The notes beneath the pieces were generated by a model, which worked only from the letters and a program-made list of their open reading frames with translations, did not search any database and was not told where the DNA came from. A stretch of 64,000 nt of DNA, from IMG/VR virus record IMGVR_UViG_3300011871_000003. The stretch is one strand, 5' to 3'. The position numbers and the translations under genes were made by a program. Positions 28,837 to 38,015 of this stretch are shown piece by piece (positions within the stretch are counted from its first letter, which is position 1; the number at the start of each line of letters is the position of its first letter). Origin of the DNA: an uncultured virus (IMG/VR IMGVR_UViG_3300011871_000003) (Duplodnaviria; Heunggongvirae; Uroviricota; Caudoviricetes).

Positions 28837-29286
28837 ATGAATGATGGGCTACCAATAAGAAATAACTTACCAATAGATGAAACAGGGTTTAATGAAGGAT
28901 CTGGTATATCTATACTTGCTGAGCCTAACTCAATAGCAGCTTTTAGACTGTACATGAATGAAAAAGTAAAAGATCTTGGTAATGGAATAAAAATATGTAA
29001 ATCAGAATATTCACATCGCTTTTTGTTGTACAAAGATGATAAGCCTGTTAGCGCAATAGTAGTTTATTTAAAAGATGCTAAAAGAAATGTTGAAAATAAT
29101 GTCATCGTGACAGCTTATACAAAACAAGAAGAAAGAATGAAAGGTTATGGTAATCAGTTGTTATCAGTAGTAAAGGAAAAGTTTAAAAAGAATCTTGTTG
29201 TAAGTGAAACTTTAACCAAAGAAGGCCAAGCTCTTTTTAAGCCATATATTGTAGAGCCTAAGAAATCAAGAAAACCTAAAGTATAA
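28837..29286 (+). CDS. GNAT-like acetyltransferase
   Basis: AYTKQEERMKGYGNQLL acetyl-CoA motif, LTKEGQALF. Confidence 0.6.
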   Translation: MNDGLPIRNNLPIDETGFNEGSGISILAEPNSIAAFRLYMNEKVKDLGNGIKICKSEYSHRFLLYKDDKPVSAIVVYLKDAKRNVENNVIVTAYTKQEERMKGYGNQLLSVVKEKFKKNLVVSETLTKEGQALFKPYIVEPKKSRKPKV

Positions 29287-29329
29287 AAAATAATAGCAGA
29301 GGCGTTTGCTATTATTTATCATTTGTTAG

Positions 29330-29692
29330 TTATTTTAATTTTACTACAGAATTATTTACAGATATTACTTTATGAGTTTCTTCTAATTGAATCCTTCTTT
29401 GAGCATCTTTAAAACGTTCAGAAAATGTTTCTTTTTTATTACTTGAATTAATTGATGAGTGACCTTCAATAACAGTAGCGTTATCATTTTTAACTGGATT
29501 TAACACTTGTTGCTGTTGCTCAGTGCTTAACTTTCTATCCTTCATAAGTTCTGCTAGAAAATCATCAGAAATTTTAGACGTAAAATCTCTTTGAATTTTT
29601 TCTGTTGGAATAATACTACCATCCACTGGAAGTAATTGTAACGGATCTGTAATACCAAGTTTTTCTCTTAATTCTTTTTCTGTATCTTTCAT
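29330..29692 (-). CDS. hypothetical protein
   Basis: 120 aa ORF, AAGG RBS. Confidence 0.6.
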   Translation of the reverse strand: MKDTEKELREKLGITDPLQLLPVDGSIIPTEKIQRDFTSKISDDFLAELMKDRKLSTEQQQQVLNPVKNDNATVIEGHSSINSSNKKETFSERFKDAQRRIQLEETHKVISVNNSVVKLK

Positions 29693-29828
29693 ATAAAAAC
29701 CTTTTATAAAAATAATTGAAATATATCAATTCATTATATGTAAAAAAAACAAATATGACAATGAAAAAAGGTTGTGCATCATAAAAAAACAATGTATAAT
29801 GACAACATATTTTAAAAGGAGTATAACG

Positions 29829-30725
29829 ATGAATACATTAGAACAGCAACGGTTTAATAAAAATTTTATTCGCAACTTCAAGTTGCCTATCGCTGTTGAT
29901 AAAGAGCCATACTTTACCTATTTTTTAAATCTGTTAAATCCTTATTTTGATACAGTACGTAAATATGAAATCTTTAAAAAAGTGTATCAAAAGTATGGTG
30001 AAGGTCTGTTTAAGCATAACTCTCAAAAACTTAATGAAACACTGCAATATTTATCAGCAAAGCCTGAGTATCAAGCATTTACTAAAATGGATATGTCTCG
30101 TTTTAACAAGAAACTTAATATTAAGAGCAAAGATCTGTACGTCACAGGTAATGAGGGTAAGCGTTATATTAGTATCGATCTGGTAAAAGCTAACTTTCAA
30201 TCATTTATGTTTGTTATGCCTGAAATTTTTGATGGTTTTAAAGATTTTAATAGTTTTGCTAAAAGTCGAGATTTTAATGAAGTATTACTAGAAAGTAAGA
30301 TTTCAAGACAGGTTATTTTTGGTGGTTTATCTGCTGCTCGTCAGCAACAGGTGCAAAAATACATGATGGAACAAATCATCTTATCTGTTTTTGATAAAGG
30401 TGTAGAAGAAAAAGATATTTATAGTCTTTCTTCGGATGAAGTATTTTTTGAAGATAAGAATTACGATATTGAAGAAATTCAAAAATTAGCATCTGACTTA
30501 GGTTATCAGGTTAGGGTTGAAAAGTTTGATTTGGTGAAACCATTCGAAAAAGCATATTTTGTAAAAGAAGGTGTGAATGGTAGCCGTGAGTTTAAAATGG
30601 TTCCAACATCAGTTATGGCGGAATTTATTAAAAAATATGAAGGTAAACCATTAGAAGATATGGATTTATACTTCTATGATGAAAATAAGCGTCTTTCTAA
30701 ATTTATGGAAGAAGGTGTGTTTTAA
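29829..30725 (+). CDS. hypothetical protein with possible polymerase-palm-like motifs
   Basis: start set at MNTLE (AGGAG RBS; promoter 29772-29800); YISIDLVKANF and SSDEVFF motifs. Confidence 0.6.
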   Translation: MNTLEQQRFNKNFIRNFKLPIAVDKEPYFTYFLNLLNPYFDTVRKYEIFKKVYQKYGEGLFKHNSQKLNETLQYLSAKPEYQAFTKMDMSRFNKKLNIKSKDLYVTGNEGKRYISIDLVKANFQSFMFVMPEIFDGFKDFNSFAKSRDFNEVLLESKISRQVIFGGLSAARQQQVQKYMMEQIILSVFDKGVEEKDIYSLSSDEVFFEDKNYDIEEIQKLASDLGYQVRVEKFDLVKPFEKAYFVKEGVNGSREFKMVPTSVMAEFIKKYEGKPLEDMDLYFYDENKRLSKFMEEGVF

Positions 30726-30803
30726 GTATATTTAATACTTGTGCATTAAGAAGAGGTTATGTAAAATAGCCTCTATTATAAGATATCAGGAAATAAAAAA
30801 GTA

Positions 30804-31265
30804 ATGAACAAGGCTGGTTTTATTTTAATGTATTGCGAAGGTTTTTCCACTGAAAGGCTTAGGGTATTAATGAGTTCTCGTTGGAATGGTGGATATGGAT
30901 TTATTGGTGGAGTAGCGAATGACGGTGAAACATCTTTTGATGCTGTTATTCGTGAAGTAAAAGAAGAAATTGGGTATGACCTAACGCCTTACAAAGATAA
31001 GATAAAACCTTTTATTAGTACTAAGTCTGCTAAAGGTCAAGAGATTGACAGTTTTATCTTAAAGCTGCCACAAAACGAAGTGAGATATATCATGGGAACA
31101 TGGTTTGAAAAAGGGAAGCATTCAGAAGAAGAAATGCAAGGGCTTTGTGCTGTAGTGATTGATGAAAAAACAGTATCTCGTTTTTTGACCAATAATTTTG
31201 CTGGAACTACGAAAGTTGAGTTGATGCATTTCTTAAATAAAAATGAAGTTAATTATACTATTTAA
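30804..31265 (+). CDS. NUDIX hydrolase
   Basis: GGVANDGETSFDAVIREVKEEIG Nudix box. Confidence 0.88.
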   Translation: MNKAGFILMYCEGFSTERLRVLMSSRWNGGYGFIGGVANDGETSFDAVIREVKEEIGYDLTPYKDKIKPFISTKSAKGQEIDSFILKLPQNEVRYIMGTWFEKGKHSEEEMQGLCAVVIDEKTVSRFLTNNFAGTTKVELMHFLNKNEVNYTI

Positions 31266-31329
31266 TAGCATGTAATAAGAGAATTTGCTATACTTTATCC
31301 TATTCAATAAATAACATTAAGAGGTCATT

Positions 31330-31953
31330 ATGTCTAAAGAGTTTATTTTAAATCCTCGCGGAAAGCTTGAAAATGCTGATGTAAATATCTATAAAGAGGT
31401 AACTGGTAGAAATCTAACACAACAAGAACTACGTTTGCTTCCGTTTATTCAAAACTGTTTCGCTAATGAAAAGTTAATGAATGGGCATAATCTTAATGAA
31501 GATGAAAAAGATATTCTGAAAGAAATGAATGATGTTGGATTGATTAATTTTGGTCGTGCCAAAGGTTATGTTGGTTTTTATTTTGTTGAAATTAATGAAC
31601 CTCTATGGAATATTATTGTTAAAACTCTTTACGATACATATGTTGCTAAATCAAGTATTGAACCCAATTCAGGAGCAAAAACTTGTAAAGAGTTAACAGG
31701 AAGTTCTTTCTCTGTTAATAGAACTACATTTGATAAAATTCACTATGCCGTACTTAATGGCGGTTCTATTATCGAATCAGAGTTAAATAAAAAGGAACGT
31801 GAATTAGTTAACAAGCTTGAAAAAATGGATTTGATTTATTTTGAACGTCGTTCACCGGAAAGTGAAAGATTCAATATTGGTACATCTAAAGTGTTGTGGG
31901 ATGTGATTAACCAAGAAATGTTTAATAGTTTAAAAATAGAAGAAAATGTTTGA
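31330..31953 (+). CDS. hypothetical protein with two internal repeats
   Basis: LN..E..L...L....LI.F.R....LW..I pattern occurs twice. Confidence 0.65.
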   Translation: MSKEFILNPRGKLENADVNIYKEVTGRNLTQQELRLLPFIQNCFANEKLMNGHNLNEDEKDILKEMNDVGLINFGRAKGYVGFYFVEINEPLWNIIVKTLYDTYVAKSSIEPNSGAKTCKELTGSSFSVNRTTFDKIHYAVLNGGSIIESELNKKERELVNKLEKMDLIYFERRSPESERFNIGTSKVLWDVINQEMFNSLKIEENV

Positions 31954-31987
31954 TAAGAAAAAGGGAGCCGCGCTCCCTTTTTTATTA

Positions 31988-32191
31988 TTAGTTGTTACTA
32001 TCGTGCTGTTGGAACACACTGTCATCACTTTGAACCTGACCACCTACTGATTGATGGTTGATGAAGTTTTTATAACTTTGTGTATGTTCTACATTTTCTG
32101 GACCATTTCCAGTTTCAGATGCTTGAACAGAAAATGAACCAACAAACAATGAAACAAGTAATAATGGTAAAGCAACTTTTGTATTTTTCAT
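31988..32191 (-). CDS. small secreted protein (67 aa)
   Basis: signal peptide MKNTKVALPLLLVSLFVGSFSVQA|S; AAGGA RBS. Confidence 0.7.
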   Translation of the reverse strand: MKNTKVALPLLLVSLFVGSFSVQASETGNGPENVEHTQSYKNFINHQSVGGQVQSDDSVFQQHDSNN

Positions 32192-32221
32192 AATATTTTT
32201 CCTTTTAGTTAATTTATATTT

Positions 32222-32237
32222 TGTGATCCACATCACA
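32222..32237. promoter_or_regulatory. CRP-box consensus
   Basis: TGTGA-TCCACA-TCACA, just downstream of minus-strand TTGCAT-N17-TATTAT promoter (32276-32248). Confidence 0.6.
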
Positions 32238-32419
32238 AAGTAAATACATAATATAATAACTTATGAAATAATGCAATAGGTTATTTTTGATGGTGTACTT
32301 CAAAAATATTGAATGGCGAAAATAATTGTTGATGTTGATTTTATGAAATGTTATACTTCTTTTGTAGGTTAGTCGTCTAACCTGAATTTAAAAATACTTA
32401 ATAAATGAGGATATGAAAA

Positions 32420-32563
32420 ATGCAAGGCTCTTTTGGTCGTGTTGAAAAGTTTGATAAAGATAAACGTGCTAATCGCAATGAGTTTGGCGGTAAGCAAGAC
32501 AACCGTAAAAAAGGTAAAGTAAAGCGTGGTAAACGCCCTGAAGATGAGTATGAAGGCGTATAA
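32420..32563 (+). CDS. small basic protein (47 aa), paralog of 37773-37925
   Basis: not in ORF track; MQGSFGRVEKFDKDKRANR...KKGKVKRGKR. Confidence 0.7.
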   Translation: MQGSFGRVEKFDKDKRANRNEFGGKQDNRKKGKVKRGKRPEDEYEGV

Positions 32564-32646
32564 GATGTAATATGAGCTATGTGCGTACCATAGCTCATTT
32601 CCTTAATAGAAAAAATCGGTGTATTTAAACTATTGAGGAAAATAAA

Positions 32647-33066
32647 ATGATTAAAGTAGAGTTTGCCCATTCAATTAACTTTATTGATGAAAATGATATC
32701 TTTGTTGGTTTCGATTTAAGATTCCAATGCTGTGAAGATTTTGGATGGTATATAAAAGATAATGAGTCTGTTGATGATCTCATTAATCAAGCAGAAAATA
32801 GTAATCAGTTAGACGAAGAAGATTATTTAGGTTGGTTGTTTGATTTAAATTACTTTAAATCTGATAGCTTTGATACTGGTAATATAACTTGTGCAGATGC
32901 TGTTGTTTTCCGTCTTAAAAAGGGCGATAAGAGTAAATACCTTTTTTTATTTAATATTGGAAATGGCATGTATGCCCATGATTTCTTTTTCGGAAGAAGT
33001 ATAAATTCATATTCAACAAAACAAGTAGAAGAAAACGCTATTTGTTTTCATAAAGGCGAAGTGTAA
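32647..33066 (+). CDS. hypothetical protein
   Basis: 139 aa, QCCE.FGW and NG.YAH motifs, GAGGA RBS. Confidence 0.7.
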   Translation: MIKVEFAHSINFIDENDIFVGFDLRFQCCEDFGWYIKDNESVDDLINQAENSNQLDEEDYLGWLFDLNYFKSDSFDTGNITCADAVVFRLKKGDKSKYLFLFNIGNGMYAHDFFFGRSINSYSTKQVEENAICFHKGEV

Positions 33067-33077
33067 GAGAGGTTAAT

Positions 33078-33455
33078 ATGATAACTCCTAAAATTAATGC
33101 TAAAGAACTCATTTCTCGTAGTGAAACTTTAAAAAAAGACATTCATGAAAAAAATCACACATCTTTTGAAAAAGCTTTTTCTAAAATTGAAGAAGATATT
33201 AGCGCCAAATTGAAAAGTCTAAAAGGTGTTGAGGATGAATTCGATATTACAGTATACCTTCATAAAGAACCTGTAGATCAAGAAACGTTGGAAAAATTGA
33301 AGACTATCTATAATGATGCAGGATTTGATATTGAACAGGTCTCGTTTGAACAACTAGTTCCTTATACTGGTGAAAATAACAGGTTTGGTTCTTTTACTCC
33401 TGCTGAATACGAAACAGAATATAAACTTATTGTTTCAATTAATAAAGTTGCGTAA
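33078..33455 (+). CDS. hypothetical protein
   Basis: 125 aa, GAGG RBS, terminator about 33466-33492. Confidence 0.7.
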   Translation: MITPKINAKELISRSETLKKDIHEKNHTSFEKAFSKIEEDISAKLKSLKGVEDEFDITVYLHKEPVDQETLEKLKTIYNDAGFDIEQVSFEQLVPYTGENNRFGSFTPAEYETEYKLIVSINKVA

Positions 33456-33505
33456 TATTAATATTAAAAACCTCACTCCGTGAGGTTTTTTTATTTAAAG
33501 AGATA

Positions 33506-35131
33506 TTAAAAATCTAAACATACAGAATTACATCCTGTTTTATGCCATTGCCTTATCCAACTGTTTCCGCTTTTATAAACATTACAATAATGTGAATCCT
33601 CTGCATTACCCACATAATTCATAGTACAGAATGTATGAACACCCATATTTTGAGATCCAGAATATTCTCCACCATTATAAAAAGAAACCTTTGGTGCTCC
33701 AGCCGCCTGCCAAGCTCCATTAACACAAGATAATGCTGCTCCATTGGATTGGCGACCTAATAAACCATTTGGGCTACAAGAGGCTCCAACTGTTGCAGTC
33801 TTTTGAAGATTGATAAACTCTCCTACGTTTACACGATTACTTGCATCAATATTGCCATTAGATTTTACATAACCTCCAATAATATTTCCTGAAGCCGTTA
33901 TAGAGCCACTACTATTTCCATCCCCAGAGATAGAGAAATCTCCTATATGATTTTGTTTACCCCAAACTTGGAATCGTTGCTCAGTGGTCAAACCACCCGA
34001 TCTCCATAAAGTTAATGGCTTATTTGAACCTAGTCTAAACTCATAGTCATTGGCATCGCCCCCTCCAATATAAAAAATATCTCCTCCTCCATTGCGACCG
34101 ATTAATTGTTTTCCAGAGGTTATATTACCATTAGCATTAACTTCTCCTATAGAGTTTATAGTCCCTGATTGTATAGCCCCTGAGACTTTTAGTAATGTGT
34201 TATTTTTATTGGCATCTGAAGGGCTTCCACCTGTAGAGGATGACCATAAAGATAAAGGTTTATTAGCTGTACCGAGATAAATCTCATAATCATTATTTGA
34301 AGTATCTCCCCCAATACGAATAACATCTCCATAACCGTTATGAGCTATAACTTCTTTTGCAGCTGTTATAGTTCCTCCAGATGTTATATTTCCTCCAAAA
34401 CTCCCCGTTCCTGATGCTGTTATATTTTTAGCATTATCAATATCTTGTCCTCCCATATTAAGATTTCCGGTCATAGGGAGCGTTCCATCACGGCGCAAGA
34501 AAGCAGAGTATAAAGATGCATTGTATCCTGCTCTAAATACTAATTGTCCGGGTTTAGTTATGTTGCTAAATGAAGATGATAGTTCACTCCAATTACCATT
34601 ATATCCATCAGCTTTGGTATTGGATTTTGTCATGCCACTGTCAACACCTGCTTTCTGCATTGCAAAACCCAATAAATCATATCGAGGATTATTTCCTGAC
34701 TCTATCCATGCTGCTGATGTTGTTATTAAAGCATCTAAGATATAGTTTGGACTTGAACCTGTTCTTTTTATTACTATGGAATATGGAGATCTAAAAGAAT
34801 TATTATCTACATAGCTATTGGGTAATATTCCTTCATTTTTTAATGTTTGTACTGATATAACGCATGTATTGCCGGAACATGTTCTTGGTCCGGGATCACT
34901 ACTTTGGCTGGAACTAGATGTTAGTGTTGATAGCTTATCATATCGAAGGGCTATATAGTTATTTACAGCATAGCCAATCCTTTGTATTTGCTCTCCTGCT
35001 GCCGATGCCTTCATTAAATCCTGTTCATTTTTCATATCCTGAAATTTAATAAATGAAGCCATTGTTCCGACACCTAAAACTAAAACTAACTCTACCAAAG
35101 AGAACGCTTTTTTATGATTTTTATATTTCAT
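33506..35131 (-). CDS. pilV: PilV-like (shufflon-type) type IV pilus tip adhesin
   Basis: KKA|FSLVE signal, shufflon N-domain, LRRDGTLPMTGNLNMGG, GASCSPNG...LSCVNGAW junction, Cys-rich C-terminal tip. Confidence 0.85.
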   Translation of the reverse strand: MKYKNHKKAFSLVELVLVLGVGTMASFIKFQDMKNEQDLMKASAAGEQIQRIGYAVNNYIALRYDKLSTLTSSSSQSSDPGPRTCSGNTCVISVQTLKNEGILPNSYVDNNSFRSPYSIVIKRTGSSPNYILDALITTSAAWIESGNNPRYDLLGFAMQKAGVDSGMTKSNTKADGYNGNWSELSSSFSNITKPGQLVFRAGYNASLYSAFLRRDGTLPMTGNLNMGGQDIDNAKNITASGTGSFGGNITSGGTITAAKEVIAHNGYGDVIRIGGDTSNNDYEIYLGTANKPLSLWSSSTGGSPSDANKNNTLLKVSGAIQSGTINSIGEVNANGNITSGKQLIGRNGGGDIFYIGGGDANDYEFRLGSNKPLTLWRSGGLTTEQRFQVWGKQNHIGDFSISGDGNSSGSITASGNIIGGYVKSNGNIDASNRVNVGEFINLQKTATVGASCSPNGLLGRQSNGAALSCVNGAWQAAGAPKVSFYNGGEYSGSQNMGVHTFCTMNYVGNAEDSHYCNVYKSGNSWIRQWHKTGCNSVCLDF

Positions 35132-35146
35132 ACAGAGTATTCCTTT

Positions 35147-35165
35147 TTTACATTTTGAAACATTT
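35147..35165. promoter_or_regulatory. OmpR-box-like site upstream of pilV
   Basis: TTTACATTTTGAAACATTT vs E. coli ompC C1 site TTTACATTTTGAAACATCT as recalled (18/19). Confidence 0.5.
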
Positions 35166-35250
35166 ATATTTATATGTTCACTTTTAAAAAAAGCTCTGTC
35201 AAATAATAAGGAGGTTAAAAAAGTTACAAAACTCTGATTGATAAATAATA

Positions 35251-35264
35251 TTGATGTGAATCAA
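35251..35264. promoter_or_regulatory. FNR-box consensus between divergent pilV and pilin genes
   Basis: TTGAT-GTGA-ATCAA. Confidence 0.5.
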
Positions 35265-35472
35265 TAATTAAAATAAAAAGTATAAAACGTTTTTTTTTAC
35301 TTTCTAAAGAGGAATAGATCATATAATAAGCTAAATTTATATCTTTTTTATAGTAATAAAAGAATATATTTAAATTATATTAACAATTATTGATTGCTTA
35401 AATACTATTTATATCCTATATAAAGGTTTAAAGTGAAGTAATATTTTTATTAATAAAACATAAGGAAAATTA

Positions 35473-36033
35473 ATGAATATTTTTTATAAAGATAAAAAAG
35501 GAAAAGGATTTTCTTTATTAGAGTTATTATTAGTACTAGGAGTTATAGCAGCTCTTATAGTAGGAGCATTTATTGTTTATCCAAAAGTAAGAAACTCGCA
35601 ATCAATAGATGCCGAGGCAAAGAATATTGCAACAATAAGATCAGGAATATTAGCTTTATATGCCTCTCAAGCAACAATATCAGGAGGATTAAATAACTCA
35701 ATAGCAATACAGGCGCAAATATTTCCAGACAACATGCTTATAAAAAATGGAAGCGCTGTTTCAAAAGTTGTAAATAGTTTTGGAGGGGACGTAATTTTAG
35801 TTACAGGTTTATGGTATGGAAAAACAGTAGCTACTTTACAATATAATAATGTTCCAACAGAGCTTTGTACAAAGTTAATTACCGCAGTAGGATCTAATAT
35901 GTTTTTAGTAACAGCAGGCGGATATTGGGCTTTGAATGAAAATGTTGGTGTTCCTTATAGTGTAGCAAACGTTTCAAAAGCTTGTGGTCAAATAACAGAC
36001 AATAATACAGTAATAAATTTCTATTTTGAATAA
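35473..36033 (+). CDS. type IV prepilin, PilS-like
   Basis: KGKG|FSLLE, IFPDNM, NSFGG.V, YNNVPTELC, second Cys. Confidence 0.88.
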   Translation: MNIFYKDKKGKGFSLLELLLVLGVIAALIVGAFIVYPKVRNSQSIDAEAKNIATIRSGILALYASQATISGGLNNSIAIQAQIFPDNMLIKNGSAVSKVVNSFGGDVILVTGLWYGKTVATLQYNNVPTELCTKLITAVGSNMFLVTAGGYWALNENVGVPYSVANVSKACGQITDNNTVINFYFE

Positions 36034-36249
36034 AATAAATGTTAAAGAAATATTTCTATTTAAATATAAGATATTAAAAGAATATATCCTTTATTTATGA
36101 TATTTATACATAAAATATGGCTCAATGCTAAAAATCTTTATTCTAATTTCGTTATATCAGTATTGCGCAAGTGTTTTTTATTTATTATGGTTAATTAATA
36201 GCTTAATAGAAAGCTAATTTAACAATTAATCTACAATAAAGGAAAAATA

Positions 36250-36816
36250 ATGAGTAAATTTTTAAAAATGAAAAAAGGAAAGGGATTTTCTTTATTGGAA
36301 TTATTATTGGTATTAGGAATAATAGCAGCATTAATCGTAGCAGCTTTTATTGTCTATCCAAAAGTAAGAACATCTCAGGCAGTGGATGCTGAGGCAAAAA
36401 ATATAGCAACAATAAGATCTGGAATATTAGCATTGTATGCCTCTCAAGCAACAATAGCTGGGAATATCAATAATACTATAGCAATAAATGCGAATATATT
36501 CCCTGAAAATATGTTACAAAAAAGTGGAAATACAGTAACAGGAGTTGTTAATAGTTTTGGAGGTAAAGTAACATTAAGTGCAACAAATTGGGTATCTTTT
36601 GGTAAAGTGGTCGCAAACGTTCAGTATGATAATGTTCCTAAAGATGTATGTGTTAAACTAATAACGGCTGTTGGTCCAACTATGGAAATTATTGCTGTAG
36701 GCTCTTATTGGGCTAAAAATGAGATGGCTAACGTATCTTATAGTGTATCCAATACTGCTGATGTTTGTGATAAGATATCAGGAGAAAATGGTACAATAAC
36801 ATTCTCATTCCAATAA
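36250..36816 (+). CDS. type IV prepilin, PilS-like, tandem paralog
   Basis: KGKG|FSLLE; close paralog of 35473 and 2309 genes. Confidence 0.88.
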   Translation: MSKFLKMKKGKGFSLLELLLVLGIIAALIVAAFIVYPKVRTSQAVDAEAKNIATIRSGILALYASQATIAGNINNTIAINANIFPENMLQKSGNTVTGVVNSFGGKVTLSATNWVSFGKVVANVQYDNVPKDVCVKLITAVGPTMEIIAVGSYWAKNEMANVSYSVSNTADVCDKISGENGTITFSFQ

Positions 36817-36893
36817 ATAATCATTGTAGATCATAAAGGAAACTGATAAGATGTTGTCTTATTGGTTTCTTTTTTATTGCATGAGGATTATAA

Positions 36894-37196
36894 ATGAAAG
36901 AGTTAAGTAAACTTAAGAATTGTAGAGAATTTGAAGATATTATTAAAGAATATCTAAGCAATAAGCATCTAACGATTCAAAAATCATGGGAGATTGGCAA
37001 TGAAGAACCAAAAGATCCTAAAGAGTTCCTTGACGTTTTAGAACTTTTTTGTTCAGATATGACCTTCCTTCAATTTAAAAGGCTAGAGTTGTATAATATT
37101 TGGGAATATGATGATTACTCATCTCATTATGTTACTAAAAAGCTAAATATACGTTTACTTTTTAATGCCTTAAAAGAGATTTTTCCAGAAGATTAA
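36894..37196 (+). CDS. hypothetical protein
   Basis: 100 aa, GAGGA RBS. Confidence 0.65.
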   Translation: MKELSKLKNCREFEDIIKEYLSNKHLTIQKSWEIGNEEPKDPKEFLDVLELFCSDMTFLQFKRLELYNIWEYDDYSSHYVTKKLNIRLLFNALKEIFPED

Positions 37197-37212
37197 TAAA
37201 TATTTCTTTCAG

Positions 37213-37650
37213 ATGAAGAGGTTTAAAATGTTTGATGAACAAAAAGTATGTTATACAGTATCATTAGTAGATGATCAAAGTCCTGATTATATTTCAGATG
37301 ATTTGATTTTTGATGTTGAAAAACTTGATGGAAAAATCATTATTACCAAAGAAGATTGCAATTCTACTCAAGTAGATCCTAATCAAATGTGTTTCGTTAC
37401 ACCGTATGTAAAATATGAAGTTACAACAATTAAAGATATAAAAGATGCTTTATCTAAAAAGAAAGTAGTAAGAGAATATGATGATGAAGATGCTTTGATT
37501 ATTTCCAACTTTTCAGATGAAGATACATTCCTTTCTATTTTTGGTGATGAAGAACTTCAAGAGATTGGTTATAAAGGTTTGATATATTTTGTAAAAGGAA
37601 AAACAAAAAAAATGAAAATTGGAGATTTCGTTGAGCGAGAAATGCTGTAA
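37213..37650 (+). CDS. hypothetical protein
   Basis: acidic ORF; true start may be the downstream ATG (MFDEQ). Confidence 0.65.
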   Translation: MKRFKMFDEQKVCYTVSLVDDQSPDYISDDLIFDVEKLDGKIIITKEDCNSTQVDPNQMCFVTPYVKYEVTTIKDIKDALSKKKVVREYDDEDALIISNFSDEDTFLSIFGDEELQEIGYKGLIYFVKGKTKKMKIGDFVEREML

Positions 37651-37772
37651 AAATAACCATTTAAACGAAAATAACAAAAAAGTTGTTGTAATAAAAAAGT
37701 CATATTGATATACTGTTTTCACTGTCTTAAAGAGTGGTAAGTTTTAATTAATAAGTAAATAAGGATAAAGTT

Positions 37773-37925
37773 ATGCAAAGTTCTAATGGTAATCGTGTTG
37801 AAAAATTTGATAATTCTAAAAAACAGAATCGTGCTTTGGCCTCAAATACAAAACGAGATAACAAAAAGCTTAATAAAACAGTCCGAGGACGAAAAGAAGT
37901 TTTTGAACTTGAAGAAGCATATTAA
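37773..37925 (+). CDS. small basic protein (50 aa), reminiscent of T7 gp1.1
   Basis: not in ORF track; MQSSNGNRVEKFDNSKKQNR...KKLNKTVRGRK; own promoter and terminator. Confidence 0.7.
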   Translation: MQSSNGNRVEKFDNSKKQNRALASNTKRDNKKLNKTVRGRKEVFELEEAY

Positions 37926-38015
37926 ATAAAAGGCCGCGACAGCGGCCTTTTTGCTTGTACATGATAAGTAAATAGTATAAAATAATGTCATTAAATTAAA
38001 TGAAAAGGTGATAAA

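Noticed and set aside
29716..29729. FNR-like TTGAA-ATAT-ATCAA
   Set aside because: One mismatch and almost all A/T; expected by chance at this composition.
32398..32670. 90-aa minus-strand ORF (and similar short overlapping ORFs such as 7277-7510, 5215-5397, 5890-6132, 34092-34794, 54618-54908)
   Set aside because: They overlap better-supported genes on the other strand or frame and show no recognisable motifs.
33456..33760. Shufflon inversion system downstream of pilV
   Set aside because: No sfx-like GTGCCAATCCGG repeats, alternative cassettes or recombinase seen; a terminator and a convergent gene follow.
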